Shown here piece by piece: positions 45,879 to 56,123 of a DNA stretch of 64,000 nt; the first letter of the stretch is position 1, and every line of letters starts with the position of its first letter. The stretch lies in IMG/VR virus record IMGVR_UViG_3300017719_000005; one strand, given 5' to 3'. The stretch is from an uncultured virus (IMG/VR IMGVR_UViG_3300017719_000005) (lineage: Duplodnaviria; Heunggongvirae; Uroviricota; Caudoviricetes; Kyanoviridae). The notes beneath the pieces were generated by a model. The model did no database searches, was not told the DNA's origin, and saw nothing but the letters and a program-made list of their open reading frames with translations. A program made the position numbers and the translations under genes.

Positions 45879-48382
45879 GACCAAAGTGCCTCCAGGGTGT
45901 TTATTTTTTCGGGTTTCCAACCAATGGTGTCTAAGATCACAGTCAAAGGGTCAAGAAACGACTTCTTAAACTGTAGGTCATAGTCTATGCTTTTGTCAAG
46001 TCCAAACTCGGTTGGGAGAGTCTGGAAGAATGAGATCACGTTCTCGTTGATCTGGTTTGGTGTCCTCAGCATCACATACTTAATCTTCTCACCCTCTTGG
46101 ATGATGGGATACTTGTGTGCCAGTTTCCTCTTCTTGATATAGAAGTTATACAGCAGTGCTCCTCGCACATGCATGGGGCATCCCTTGCCATAGATGGTAG
46201 CAGGTGACGAATTCTTTGCCACGTTGTTACATCCACGGGGGAATGCAATCTCCTCCACAGGCATCGCCTCAAACCTCTCACGGAAGTCAGCGATAAACTT
46301 CTGCAACTCATCCTCTGTGCCATTCATAATGACCTTCAGAGCATCCTTAATGGCAGTGCGACAGGGTGCAGGGGTAGAAGACTTGACTGCTTCAATACCG
46401 TTGATCTTAAGTTTGGGAGTCTTGTAACGGACACCCTCACTATCAAATACATTGAGGATATATCTCTTCTTTGCTGTCCAGATGCCACGGTTAGCGATAT
46501 TCTCTCGCTTCATAAACATCTTCTGGTCGTAGGCGTTTACATAGGTCGCCAACGCTTCATAAGAATTTCCAATATACTTCTCAAATTCCACTTCACACAC
46601 CTTGTTAAGGAACCTAACAACACTTTCATCGCTCTTCTCTCTGCCTTGGAATACCTTGTCAACAAAAGGACCCAGATTGAGATAGATGGAATCAGTATCA
46701 GCAGCAATAACGTAGTCAACATCAGTAGTCCTCAAGATTTTATTAAGGTAAGTATTCATTTTGTTTTGAATCCATCGGATACTTACCTGTCCCGATAGAG
46801 TAATCGCTTCAGCATTTGCCAGAGAGTAGTATCGGAAGTATTGATTTCCGATGGCACCATAGGCGCTGTTGAGTTGGATCTTTCTTGCCATTTGGATGTT
46901 GTTGAATTTTGACACATCCTTTTGTAATGCCAAGGTTTCTGCAGGTGTGGTGGCATCTTCGAGATTTTGCTTAGCGGCAAGCATTCTCTTCTTGTAAATG
47001 GTCCTTTCATCATAGATTCTTTGCATCATTTGTGGAAGGAATCCAAGTGTATCCTTACGGTATTGAGCACCGTTAGCACACACACAACCATCCCCATCGA
47101 ATACTATTTCCTGATTAAGTATTTTATCAACTGTAACCGTTGGGTGTCGCTCATCCATGAGCGTCTCGGGGGAGATGTTGTACTGCATAATGAGATGAGG
47201 ATACAGAGAGTTAAGATCGAAAGACACCACCCAATCATAACTTCCTGGAATCGGTTCTTTGACATATGCTCCTGCATACTTATCATCCTTCTTAGTAGTT
47301 AGGCGAGGTGGCACCACAATGTTACGACCTTTAAGATCATTATAGATCAGGGTGTCCCACATACGGACTTGAGAATATACATCCTCAAGGTTTACCTTAG
47401 CGTCATACGCCATGGTAACTGCCAACTCGATTAACTTCATCTTATCTTCCAGCATGTCAACCAGATTCACGTCATGGATGTTGTATTCCACGAAGCGTTG
47501 CCAGTCAGACGTGTAGAAATCCTTGAAGTTTTCAAACTCAGAGTGGTCCAACTTCTTATCACCCAATTCAACCATAGCAATATGGTCTAGGCGATAGGAT
47601 TCCTGGTTAGTGTAAGTGAATTTCTTATAGAGATCGAGATAATCGAGGATCGCTACACCAGTTATTTCATACGCTATATTGGTGCGTCCCATCATCTTGA
47701 TCTCTCTGTCAATGACCCTATTCCAGGGGGACAGAGACTTCTTCCACTTCTCACCTAGCACCCGCTCGATACGACGACAGATGTAAGGGATGTCATACAG
47801 GTTGTTATTCCATCCAGTAATGATATCAGGGGTATTCTGATTCCACCATGAGTGAAAGTCCTGTAGCATCTCTTGCTCTGTCCAGAAGACACGGTATTCA
47901 ACATCCTTTGGAGCAACAAACTCTCTGGTCCCCCAGGTGATTGTCTCCTTGGTATTGAAGTTCTTCATCGTAATACAAAGCATCTCCTCAGCAGATGCTT
48001 GCACGTCTGGGAATCCATTTTCGCAGGCAACCTCAATGTCAATAGTCCAGATCTTCATCTTAGACATGTCATAATCAATCTCACCCTGCCACTTCTGAGC
48101 AATATGTTGATAAACATACCGCTCATATCCATGGACTTCCAGACCCGATGCGCCCTCATACGTTTTGATAAACTCTCGTGCTTCACGAGCGCCATCAAAC
48201 TGCTTAGGGAAAGCATAACGACCATCCAGTGTCCGATACTTACTCGTCTTCTGTTGTGCGTTAGGCACTAGAAACAAAGTAGGGCGAGACTTCTCTCGAT
48301 ACTGCACGGGGTCTCCGTGCTCGTAACCTCTGATGAGAATGTCATCGCCCAGTAGACAGACACTTGTGTAAAAATCACTCAT
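45875..48382 (-). CDS. gp43: Family B DNA polymerase gp43
   Basis: DIEV exonuclease motif, [22 protein letters not shown]. Confidence 0.99.
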   Translation of the reverse strand: MSDFYTSVCLLGDDILIRGYEHGDPVQYREKSRPTLFLVPNAQQKTSKYRTLDGRYAFPKQFDGAREAREFIKTYEGASGLEVHGYERYVYQHIAQKWQGEIDYDMSKMKIWTIDIEVACENGFPDVQASAEEMLCITMKNFNTKETITWGTREFVAPKDVEYRVFWTEQEMLQDFHSWWNQNTPDIITGWNNNLYDIPYICRRIERVLGEKWKKSLSPWNRVIDREIKMMGRTNIAYEITGVAILDYLDLYKKFTYTNQESYRLDHIAMVELGDKKLDHSEFENFKDFYTSDWQRFVEYNIHDVNLVDMLEDKMKLIELAVTMAYDAKVNLEDVYSQVRMWDTLIYNDLKGRNIVVPPRLTTKKDDKYAGAYVKEPIPGSYDWVVSFDLNSLYPHLIMQYNISPETLMDERHPTVTVDKILNQEIVFDGDGCVCANGAQYRKDTLGFLPQMMQRIYDERTIYKKRMLAAKQNLEDATTPAETLALQKDVSKFNNIQMARKIQLNSAYGAIGNQYFRYYSLANAEAITLSGQVSIRWIQNKMNTYLNKILRTTDVDYVIAADTDSIYLNLGPFVDKVFQGREKSDESVVRFLNKVCEVEFEKYIGNSYEALATYVNAYDQKMFMKRENIANRGIWTAKKRYILNVFDSEGVRYKTPKLKINGIEAVKSSTPAPCRTAIKDALKVIMNGTEDELQKFIADFRERFEAMPVEEIAFPRGCNNVAKNSSPATIYGKGCPMHVRGALLYNFYIKKRKLAHKYPIIQEGEKIKYVMLRTPNQINENVISFFQTLPTEFGLDKSIDYDLQFKKSFLDPLTVILDTIGWKPEKINTLEALWS

Positions 48383-48624
48383 TCCTTAACTGCTTTCTGG
48401 TATGCTGCCAGCACTGCGGGTGCAGGATCCAGTATAGACATAATATCTGTAGATGTCAAGAAGAGAAATGATTGGTCAGTGTGCAGGGGATACCTATGAA
48501 GGCTGGTGTCTACATCAATCACATGAGAGTCTTCCAATAGGAGACTGGGTTCTTCATCCATCTCAGTCAGTTTACCAATGAGGTAAGTGTCAGGATTGTT
48601 CTTAAGAATTAAAACTTTAATCAT
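48379..48624 (-). CDS. Hypothetical protein (Sm-like fold possible)
   Basis: Typical small gene upstream of gp43. Confidence 0.65.
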   Translation of the reverse strand: MIKVLILKNNPDTYLIGKLTEMDEEPSLLLEDSHVIDVDTSLHRYPLHTDQSFLFLTSTDIMSILDPAPAVLAAYQKAVKE

Positions 48625-49013
48625 AGGTCTCTTGCAGATGCATCTTCTTCGTCGAAGTAAACACTCATACCAGCAGGTTTATGAGATTTAAGTATAGCCT
48701 TGTAACTTTCAGTCACGTTTTCGTGAGGGTCACCAAGACTGACAACTGACATTACAGATACAATGTTGTTACCAACAGTCAGTGGTGACCATGGAAACAG
48801 TTTGATCTGCACGTCAGAGAGGTCCATCTCGTCAGGGACAGTCTCTCCCCCTTGGAAATCAAACATCTTGTCTGCTGGTTGCTCAATCACCACTGAGTAT
48901 GGTTGACTAAACTGATACGCGAGAGGCAGAGTGCTGTCGTCGGACGCCCTGACTTCTTTAATGTCAGCGATTACGTCCTCGCCGCTTTGCATTCTTGCGA
49001 TTTTTACGCTCAT
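48621..49013 (-). CDS. Hypothetical protein (Sm-like, SGEDVIA start)
   Basis: SGEDVIAD...FPWSPL. Confidence 0.7.
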   Translation of the reverse strand: MSVKIARMQSGEDVIADIKEVRASDDSTLPLAYQFSQPYSVVIEQPADKMFDFQGGETVPDEMDLSDVQIKLFPWSPLTVGNNIVSVMSVVSLGDPHENVTESYKAILKSHKPAGMSVYFDEEDASARDL

Positions 49014-49203
49014 AATCTTTTTCCATTAGTTGTTCGTAAGTGCCTTGCACCATGTCTTGAAAGGCACGGCGAGCAGAGATGTTTTTCTCTTCCGCAAGGA
49101 CGTGGACATACTGCATAAACGTATCCATCTGATCAGGTGGCACGTCTAGAGTAAGTGTTTCGCTTTTCTCTGCGTATGCAGTACACAGGTTAACATACAT
49201 GTT
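48964..49203 (-). CDS. Hypothetical protein
   Basis: MNMYVNLC...; GGAG upstream. Confidence 0.55.
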   Translation of the reverse strand, partial: NMYVNLCTAYAEKSETLTLDVPPDQMDTFMQYVHVLAEEKNISARRAFQDMVQGTYEQLMEKDYERKNRKNAKRRGRNR

Positions 49204-49223
49204 CATTAAAATCAACTCCAAAC

Positions 49224-49251
49224 AAAAAGAGACCCCCATCAGGGTGGTCTC
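49224..49251 (-). terminator. Terminator after petF
   Basis: AGAGACC...GGTCTCT-TTTT. Confidence 0.75.
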
Positions 49252-49272
49252 TTCAGTTGCATATTATATATG

Positions 49273-49560
49273 TCAATAAAGATACTCTTCTTGCTCTGCT
49301 AGGATCACCAGATCTGATGTGGGATACGATACACAAGTGAGTAGGAATCCTGCTGCGATCTGATCGTCATCTAAGAATGATTGATCTTCCTGATTCACTG
49401 TGCCTGATTCAATCTTGCCTGCACAAGTGCTACAGGCACCTGCACGGCAGGAGTATGGCATATCTGCTCCTGCTTCTTCTGCTGCGTCAAGAATATATGT
49501 GTCACCGTCACATTCAAAAGTTGTTTCGGTCCCGTCTGTCTGCTTAATAGTTACGTTCAT
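49273..49560 (-). CDS. petF: Plant-type [2Fe-2S] ferredoxin
   Basis: [14 protein letters not shown]...LTC. Confidence 0.97.
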   Translation of the reverse strand: MNVTIKQTDGTETTFECDGDTYILDAAEEAGADMPYSCRAGACSTCAGKIESGTVNQEDQSFLDDDQIAAGFLLTCVSYPTSDLVILAEQEEYLY

Positions 49561-49589
49561 GTTTCGTAAGTCACTAACCCCAGTATATA

Positions 49590-49805
49590 TCAATAATCGG
49601 TGCTGTAACTTTTGCAAGTCGCTTTGTTTTGATCTGAAGACCTACACCATTGCCTGACATATGCATCTGCATCCTTCTCCATGGAGAAGTGAGCATGGTT
49701 ATGGAGCACTCCAATCATAATCAGAGTGCCCACCATCATAAGGTTAGCGTGCGTCGCTGGGTGTGTCACTGCTACCTTGATCCAGTGCAGTATTTTCGAT
49801 GTCAT
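49590..49805 (-). CDS. Small membrane protein
   Basis: TM helix followed by HNHAHF...DAD.YVRQWC. Confidence 0.6.
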   Translation of the reverse strand: MTSKILHWIKVAVTHPATHANLMMVGTLIMIGVLHNHAHFSMEKDADAYVRQWCRSSDQNKATCKSYSTDY

Positions 49806-50238
49806 AAACTTTTCGTTTCTGATGATCAGGAATAATCCTCTGCAATTCTACCACGAGCAACCCGTTTGTAAACCTGACTGTACCGACTTCGACATCATCA
49901 CTCAGGTTGAATCCCCTAGTGAAGGTGCGTGAAGACAATCCACGATGCACATACTCATCATCTTCAATATCATTCTTAGATGCAACAGATTTTACTAAGA
50001 GTATATTTGACTCAGTAGTTACCTCAACATCTTTCGGATCCCATCCAGCAAGTGCTACTTCAATGCGCCATTTAATATTTGATTCTTTGATGATATTGTA
50101 TGGGGGATATTGTCCACCAGGATGATTCGATCCATATGAATGTAATCGATAGAAGATATCATCTAGTCCGATGCTGTATCTGTTCGCAGCATCAAAAATT
50201 TTATCGACATCTTTCGATGACCATCTAGTAAGGTCCAT
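49744..50238 (-). CDS. hsp20: Small heat-shock protein
   Basis: YPPYNI, EVALAG, HRGLSSR.F.R.F.L, NGLL. Confidence 0.95.
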   Translation of the reverse strand: MDLTRWSSKDVDKIFDAANRYSIGLDDIFYRLHSYGSNHPGGQYPPYNIIKESNIKWRIEVALAGWDPKDVEVTTESNILLVKSVASKNDIEDDEYVHRGLSSRTFTRGFNLSDDVEVGTVRFTNGLLVVELQRIIPDHQKRKVYDIENTALDQGSSDTPSDAR

Positions 50239-50370
50239 GTAACTTCTCCTTATAAAGCGAGATTGTATTGTGTGGTCCCCGAAGGCAACCGATATATTTA
50301 GTAAACATACCTAGTAGTGTTTACCGTAAACATACTCATCTTGCTAAATACCTCTAGCACTTTATAACCG

Positions 50371-50874
50371 ATGGAAATGAGAAAATCTCTGCTCCCTATC
50401 GTTATGTTATTGATGACAGCGGGTGCCGCCCAAGCAGGTGGACTCGTTACTAAACATGCTTCTAGTGTGCAGTTGAATGTTGACGCAGCAAGGTCTACCG
50501 TCTCCAGAGTTGGAAACTCTTACGCGATCTCAGGTAGTGGTATAAACACTACTGATGGCACGACTGCTGGCACTATCTCAGCAGGCACGATCACCTCAGG
50601 TGTCATGGCACCTGGCACTATCGCAGCAACACAGCATACAAACGGCAATGCATTTAGCTATAGCCAGTCCTTTACTCAAGGTGATGCTATTTCAACTAGC
50701 GCACCAACTGTAGGTGATGTAAGCAACTACTCCTCTCAGACCTCATACACTGCTGGAGTTGCATCAACCCTTGCAGGTACAGTCTTGAGTAGCGGTGCTC
50801 TTACCGTGACAGCTGGTGGAGCTGGCACATCTGCCACGGGACAATTCGTCTCTGAGATCACTGTCATTGACTAG
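50371..50874 (+). CDS. Secreted Thr/Gly/Ser-rich protein
   Basis: Signal peptide ending AQA; CTAAATA at 50344-50350. Confidence 0.75.
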   Translation: MEMRKSLLPIVMLLMTAGAAQAGGLVTKHASSVQLNVDAARSTVSRVGNSYAISGSGINTTDGTTAGTISAGTITSGVMAPGTIAATQHTNGNAFSYSQSFTQGDAISTSAPTVGDVSNYSSQTSYTAGVASTLAGTVLSSGALTVTAGGAGTSATGQFVSEITVID

Positions 50875-50885
50875 GAGCGTTAGGG

Positions 50886-51332
50886 ATGACCCATTTTGGA
50901 AAGACGATCTTATGGTCTGTGATGTCTGTGGTGGGTGTAAGTGTCACACTTGCTCCTGCCCTGGCGGTCCCCGTGGTCCCAAACTTCACCCAGGGGTCAA
51001 TGACGAGCCACACGGAAACGACCAGTAAGGTAACAGAAACCATAAACAGCATGGACTATAACACAGGGTATCAATACTCTGTGACTGGCTCAGGAGTTAC
51101 CGCTTCAGGTAACCTAAATCCTGGTACAGGTACAAACAATGTAACTATTGATGGAGTGACTTCTTCATGGACAACGCCGACCAACAAACCAGCGTTTACA
51201 CAAACGACACCAGGCGCAGCGTTTCAATTCACGGAAACTCTGAGCGGACCAGGGTTGACTCAACAGACAATTATCCAAAGGGTAACAGAGGTGACAAGCG
51301 TCACCGATACTACAAGTATCTTTACCCAGTAA
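50886..51332 (+). CDS. Secreted Thr-rich protein
   Basis: Signal peptide ending ALA, then VPVVPNFTQG; AGGAG RBS. Confidence 0.75.
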   Translation: MTHFGKTILWSVMSVVGVSVTLAPALAVPVVPNFTQGSMTSHTETTSKVTETINSMDYNTGYQYSVTGSGVTASGNLNPGTGTNNVTIDGVTSSWTTPTNKPAFTQTTPGAAFQFTETLSGPGLTQQTIIQRVTEVTSVTDTTSIFTQ

Positions 51333-52165
51333 TAGCACTGTTTATAGCAGCACCAGTCAACGCTGAGACAGTTGGTGGTGTCAGTGCAACAGCATCTCCA
51401 ATCGCGAATAGCTCTGGCTCAGTGACGAACCAAGCTATTCAGGTTTTGCAGGGACCATACATTACTAATACATATGGGAATGGTATTAGTTGTCAAGGAC
51501 CCACTATGAATTTCACCCCGTATGTGACAGGCACAGCGTCTGCATCTAAACCATACGAGCCTTACTATCAAGATCCTGTATATGATATGCGTGATCTAGA
51601 TGAAGACGGATCTTTAGATAATCCTGGCTCGATTTTATACCATGTCCCCACTAGGACAGGACAGAAAGACAACTACAGTATTGGCGTAGGTTTCTCTGCT
51701 ACATGGTCAACACCATTAGATAAGAAACTACAAGCACAATGCAAAGAAGCAGCTGCTGCTAACATCAACATGATGAATCAACTAACTGCTAACAAGCGTC
51801 TCGACTTTGAGATTGCGAGACTAAAAAATTGTGGAAATTTAATGAAGGAAGGTATTCGCTTTGCACCTGGCACACAGTATGCTTCCATCTGTGCAGATGT
51901 CCAAGTGACTAATGTAAATGTATTAAAGGATCACAGGCACTCTATTCCTTCCCCTTCAGTTTCCGAATCGCGTGTGAGCGAATCCGCTGCTGATCTTGGC
52001 GCTCCTTTGACGACTCAATCGGAGGAGTCTTCCCCCGTATCGCAGCAATCTTCTTCATTACCTTCTTCACAGTCGGCTTCACCACTTTCAGAATTAGATC
52101 GGCAAGCGGTTTTGAAAGCAGTGCAGCAGTCGTTGCAACGACAGCAATCGATGCAGTCGCAGTAA
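51167..52165 (+). CDS. Probable secreted protein, start uncertain
   Basis: Signal-like LYPVIALFIAAPVNA|ETVGG; four Cys. Confidence 0.65.
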   Translation: MDNADQQTSVYTNDTRRSVSIHGNSERTRVDSTDNYPKGNRGDKRHRYYKYLYPVIALFIAAPVNAETVGGVSATASPIANSSGSVTNQAIQVLQGPYITNTYGNGISCQGPTMNFTPYVTGTASASKPYEPYYQDPVYDMRDLDEDGSLDNPGSILYHVPTRTGQKDNYSIGVGFSATWSTPLDKKLQAQCKEAAAANINMMNQLTANKRLDFEIARLKNCGNLMKEGIRFAPGTQYASICADVQVTNVNVLKDHRHSIPSPSVSESRVSESAADLGAPLTTQSEESSPVSQQSSSLPSSQSASPLSELDRQAVLKAVQQSLQRQQSMQSQ

Positions 52166-52724
52166 CAGCACCAGCACTAGGAAGATTACCTATAACCTGA
52201 TCAGGAATGGATAGTTTATCTGTTACCTGTATACACTCCTTACCAACCAGTCGATACTCAGTGACCTTCTTGTCACCCTTGATGTGTCCGACTGGTTCTT
52301 TTAATGCTTGTGTCTCTGTGGGACAGTCTACCTTTGCAGTCGCTGCACCAGTGCCTGCAGGGATCTCTGGTGTGTCAACCTCTGGTTGCTCAGGAGATTT
52401 TACTGGTGGGACTGGAGAGTTATACTCAAAGTCCATCTTGTTAGTGTCGTAGTCAAGAGGACTGAAGTTTGGCATACCAGCATCGCAGTATGTTATCAGT
52501 CCATTCTCATCATCTACACCTACAGTATTAGAATTATTTTTTGATTCGTGTGCCTCTACACATCCAGGCATGTCTACAATAGGCACACCTATCTGCTCTG
52601 TGATAGGGACATTGGGTGGGATTACTCTTGGAGGATTTACAATCCAATCACGGACTTCAGAAATTCTAACATTCCCAATGTCAATGTTTCTAATATTGAT
52701 ATCAATATCAGGAATATCAGGCAT
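51942..52724 (-). CDS. Pro-rich membrane-anchored hypothetical protein
   Basis: PIVDMPGCVE, paired Cys, C-terminal hydrophobic and basic tail. Confidence 0.7.
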   Translation of the reverse strand: MPDIPDIDINIRNIDIGNVRISEVRDWIVNPPRVIPPNVPITEQIGVPIVDMPGCVEAHESKNNSNTVGVDDENGLITYCDAGMPNFSPLDYDTNKMDFEYNSPVPPVKSPEQPEVDTPEIPAGTGAATAKVDCPTETQALKEPVGHIKGDKKVTEYRLVGKECIQVTDKLSIPDQVIGNLPSAGAVTATASIAVVATTAALLSKPLADLILKVVKPTVKKVMKKIAAIRGKTPPIESSKERQDQQRIRSHAIRKLKGKE

Positions 52725-53208
52725 AGGTCACCACCAATACAACACGACGATCTTTCTCAGGTAGAGCATGACAATGTGGTCCTTCAAATAGGCACGCAGT
52801 GTCTTCATTTGCAGGGAATGATTCATCGCCAGCGATGGTATCACCACCAGCGTCCGTCAAATATATGATAACGTTTTTATGTGGGAAGGTATGGTCTTCA
52901 TGCACAGCACCAATCTTAGGGTTGGATGGCAACGGCTCAATAGCATTTGCATTCATCCTTAAGAGGTAGTTGAATCCTATGTCCTCGTTATGTTGACAGA
53001 TCTGACTAAAGACAACCTGGAATAACTGTAGATATTCACATTGTTGCACTGGGTATCCAGCAATCTCAGGTCTCTCTAGAAAGATATGACTATAGAAGTA
53101 AAAATTATCTAACTGATTTTGAGTCCGCATCCAGGGGAAAAACTCCCCTGTTACCAGACTCTTTAACTCATGATACTCATGGGTTTGAGGGACAATCAAC
53201 TCTTTCAT
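52717..53208 (-). CDS. 2OG-Fe(II) oxygenase-like/cupin protein
   Basis: HEDH, IIYLTD, H...P...RRVV. Confidence 0.65.
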   Translation of the reverse strand: MKELIVPQTHEYHELKSLVTGEFFPWMRTQNQLDNFYFYSHIFLERPEIAGYPVQQCEYLQLFQVVFSQICQHNEDIGFNYLLRMNANAIEPLPSNPKIGAVHEDHTFPHKNVIIYLTDAGGDTIAGDESFPANEDTACLFEGPHCHALPEKDRRVVLVVTYA

Positions 53209-53216
53209 AATTAAAA

Positions 53217-53786
53217 TTAGCAATCATTAAATACTGACCCCACTTGTGATCCAACCGATGAGCCTGCCTTCTGACCCAGAAGCAATGCCCAACCACCTGC
53301 TAGCCATCCAACGTATGGGATACCCATTACAGCAGGGACAGCAACACCAGCAGCGATAGCACTACCTGCCATTGCACCTTGTGAGCGTGCTCCAGCGTCC
53401 GCGATTAAACACTGTACGTCTTTCGCAGACTTTCCCTCGCTATCAACACCCCCAATATTTCTAGTCCCATCCATAGTGTATTGATCACTACGAAACTCGG
53501 TGCGATCTTCATATGTCTTACCACCAAAGAAACCACTTTTACTTTTAGTGAGGTCTAAGGATTTCTGAGACTCAAGGATAGCAGGATCGTTTGCTTTGTA
53601 TTCGATACTGTAACCATCCTTACCTGCTTCTATTTTGTAAGAAGAGTAAGGTGTGCCTCGTGGGATATTAATGGTAGGGACCTGAGGATGCTTCGGCCTG
53701 TTGACTACATACCCAAGTAATCCAATATGTGCCACAGCAAATAAACCACCAACTGTAGCAGCTACAATCTTTAGTTTATTATTCAT
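53217..53786 (-). CDS. Membrane protein with C-terminal glycine-zipper-like segment
   Basis: N-terminal TM; GAMAGSAIAAG...GWLAGGW...GSSVGSQVG. Confidence 0.7.
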   Translation of the reverse strand: MNNKLKIVAATVGGLFAVAHIGLLGYVVNRPKHPQVPTINIPRGTPYSSYKIEAGKDGYSIEYKANDPAILESQKSLDLTKSKSGFFGGKTYEDRTEFRSDQYTMDGTRNIGGVDSEGKSAKDVQCLIADAGARSQGAMAGSAIAAGVAVPAVMGIPYVGWLAGGWALLLGQKAGSSVGSQVGSVFNDC

Positions 53787-54052
53787 GGCAATCTCATTCC
53801 AGGAACTCCTCCACCTTTACCTTCACCAAAAGGCAGAGCAGCACCTCCTGTTGCCTTAGGTAACTCAGGCATTGCGCCATCCACAATACTAGGCAATGCA
53901 CCAGCGATTGCTTCTGTCGCTGCTGCAGCAACCTTACCCATAAGTTGTGCGGTAATTGCATCCTTCTGCACATACAGATAGGTGCCACCTCCGACGATAC
54001 CTGCAGTACCTACAAATGATAGGACTGCCATTACATTAATTAGTTTTTGCAT
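53783..54052 (-). CDS. Small membrane protein
   Basis: MQKLIN.. TM helix, Pro/Gly tail. Confidence 0.7.
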   Translation of the reverse strand: MQKLINVMAVLSFVGTAGIVGGGTYLYVQKDAITAQLMGKVAAAATEAIAGALPSIVDGAMPELPKATGGAALPFGEGKGGGVPGMRLP

Positions 54053-54057
54053 AACAT

Positions 54058-54480
54058 TTACAGTTTGTAGGATTCATCTGTAGAAATTTTGATTGGTCCC
54101 TGCTCAAGACGAATAGTCTGTGAAGGTGCAGTCTGTGCTGCTTTCTCAATCAATCTTTCCATCTGGTCTTTGGTAATTCCACCACCATTACCACCACCTT
54201 CTCCAGCTTTCTTTGCTGCCTGAACACCAAAAGTAGCCAAAACGCCTGTGAAGACGCTGGCTATGAAAGTTGGATCCAGTTTCTGCTCTGGAATACCCAG
54301 TGCAGGGGGTAATTTAATATACGCTAGAGTGAGTATACCACCACTCCAAACGAGAATACCAAGTCTAACAAAAGTAGACAGAATAGCTAGCTGCTCTTCT
54401 TTGTCATCAGCTGCTTCTTTGATTTTACCTAGGAGACCTTTCTTTTTAGGTTCTTCCTTCGGTGTGGTTTCTTGTGACAT
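54058..54480 (-). CDS. Two-TM membrane protein
   Basis: VRLGILVWSG...DPTFIASVFTGVLATFGV. Confidence 0.75.
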   Translation of the reverse strand: MSQETTPKEEPKKKGLLGKIKEAADDKEEQLAILSTFVRLGILVWSGGILTLAYIKLPPALGIPEQKLDPTFIASVFTGVLATFGVQAAKKAGEGGGNGGGITKDQMERLIEKAAQTAPSQTIRLEQGPIKISTDESYKL

Positions 54481-54902
54481 TAGGATTCAACTGGTTGTTT
54501 TTTCTTCCCAATATTATATTTGGACTCTAGAGACCATTCACCTTTATCCTTAAAGGACAAAACTTTGATTTGGTTAAGGGGAGCAAGCTCTCCTACCTCT
54601 TCATCACGAGCAATGTCAATCAGACCCCAGTCTGATAACAGTTTCGCAATGCGACTTCTACGTTCGATATCATTCGTAGTGATGTTTGTTGGCTTACCAT
54701 CCAACGCAAACAACTCCTTGAAGTGTACGACGTAATACTTACCACGTTTGTGGAGAATGTGACAAGACTGATACAGTTTGCGCTCTTTCCTAGACGCAAC
54801 ACCAATACGGGTGAGGGTTTCTCTTACCTTGAGAAAATCGTCGGGTTCTTTAAGCGTCACTTCTAACATCATGTCTTGAGACCATTGGATCTCATCGCTC
54901 AT
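54480..54902 (-). CDS. regA: Translational repressor RegA
   Basis: DDFLKVRETLTRIG, LYQSCHILHK, HFKELFALDG. Confidence 0.97.
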   Translation of the reverse strand: MSDEIQWSQDMMLEVTLKEPDDFLKVRETLTRIGVASRKERKLYQSCHILHKRGKYYVVHFKELFALDGKPTNITTNDIERRSRIAKLLSDWGLIDIARDEEVGELAPLNQIKVLSFKDKGEWSLESKYNIGKKKQPVES

Positions 54903-55291
54903 TTCTTACCTCCAGTATTCAATTTAGATGCAATAATTTTTAGCTGGTCCTGGGTTAGAATCTTTAGTGCCGCTTGTGCTTTCTCAGTGTTGTAACCATA
55001 GTATCGTTTAACTAGGTCAAGATCACCGTCTTTTATCTTCTTGTCCCACGGGGAAAATCTCTTCGATTTCCTAACACTATATAGGAAATATTGATATTGT
55101 AAGTCACTATCTAAGTTCTGACACGCATTCATCTCATTAGCGTGCATCAACGTATCAATGTGGTGCATCATACACTTATTGATAACGTATGCTGGATACT
55201 TCTTCATAGCAATAGGATCCTCTGAGAGATCCCCTTGCTTCAGGTTGATACTGTTGAGGTAATCTTTGAGAGGAATGTCATACTGTTTCAT
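54899..55291 (-). CDS. gp62: Clamp loader small subunit gp62
   Basis: YLNSIN, ANEMN, RFSPW, YYGYN.EKA. Confidence 0.92.
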   Translation of the reverse strand: MKQYDIPLKDYLNSINLKQGDLSEDPIAMKKYPAYVINKCMMHHIDTLMHANEMNACQNLDSDLQYQYFLYSVRKSKRFSPWDKKIKDGDLDLVKRYYGYNTEKAQAALKILTQDQLKIIASKLNTGGKK

Positions 55292-56123
55292 AAAGGGATG
55301 CCAGAGGAGTGGATTCAGTGAAGTTGGTAACTAACAATTCAGTCTTGAGTTTATTATCTGGACGGTGCTTCATACCATAGGTAATACGAAACTCTTCTTG
55401 ATGGTAGTCAGTATATGCTTCTTTCAACTCATCGTCAATGTTGTATGTAACCAACCAACTGTGAGGACATACCTTACAGTCTTCCACAAACTGAGTGTGG
55501 TTAAAATTCTTATGCATCTCGGCGTTAGTGCCGTAGAGATATGTGTTGATCTTGTATGGAGGATCCAGGAAGATGAATGTATTACTCAACCCCTCCTCAG
55601 TATTCATTACGGTCTGGTAATCTAGGTTAGTGATACGCCAGTGCTGAATGATCTCAGAGATATTCTTCAGGTTATGAGCACCACGGGTGGTGAAGTTTTG
55701 ATTGGATGCAGTCTTAGAGAAGGAAGAGTTTTCAGTCAACCCGCTATAGCTACACTTATTAAGAATCCAAAAGAGCACAGCTTGGCGAAAAGTATCTGCG
55801 TTGGATATCTCTGCTTTAGCAGATACGAATAACTCTTTCGCTTTTTCTTCCGTGCTGTTTTCGACTTTGATATTGTAGAGAGTATCCGATAACTCATCGC
55901 CACGCTCTTGGAGCATCTTCCAAAAACTGTAGAGGTAGACATACTTATCATTAATCCATATGGGAACGTCAGGATACTTCTGAGAGAATAGCAGTGCTAC
56001 ACTCCCACCACCCACGAAGGGCTCACGAAATTCATTGATCTCACTTGGGAATTTCTCAAGCAACGTCTTTGCTACCCTTGATTTACCACCAGGATAACGG
56101 AGTGGAGTTTTCAAATACTTCAT
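55278..56123 (-). CDS. dam: DNA adenine methyltransferase (Dam/D12 class)
   Basis: RYPGGKS, EPFVGGGS, DPPY. Confidence 0.9.
   Translation of the reverse strand: MKYLKTPLRYPGGKSRVAKTLLEKFPSEINEFREPFVGGGSVALLFSQKYPDVPIWINDKYVYLYSFWKMLQERGDELSDTLYNIKVENSTEEKAKELFVSAKAEISNADTFRQAVLFWILNKCSYSGLTENSSFSKTASNQNFTTRGAHNLKNISEIIQHWRITNLDYQTVMNTEEGLSNTFIFLDPPYKINTYLYGTNAEMHKNFNHTQFVEDCKVCPHSWLVTYNIDDELKEAYTDYHQEEFRITYGMKHRPDNKLKTELLVTNFTESTPLASLYETV

Noticed and set aside
31999..48382. Inteins or introns in nrdA, gp41, uvsX or gp43
   Set aside because: All are of normal length with contiguous motifs.
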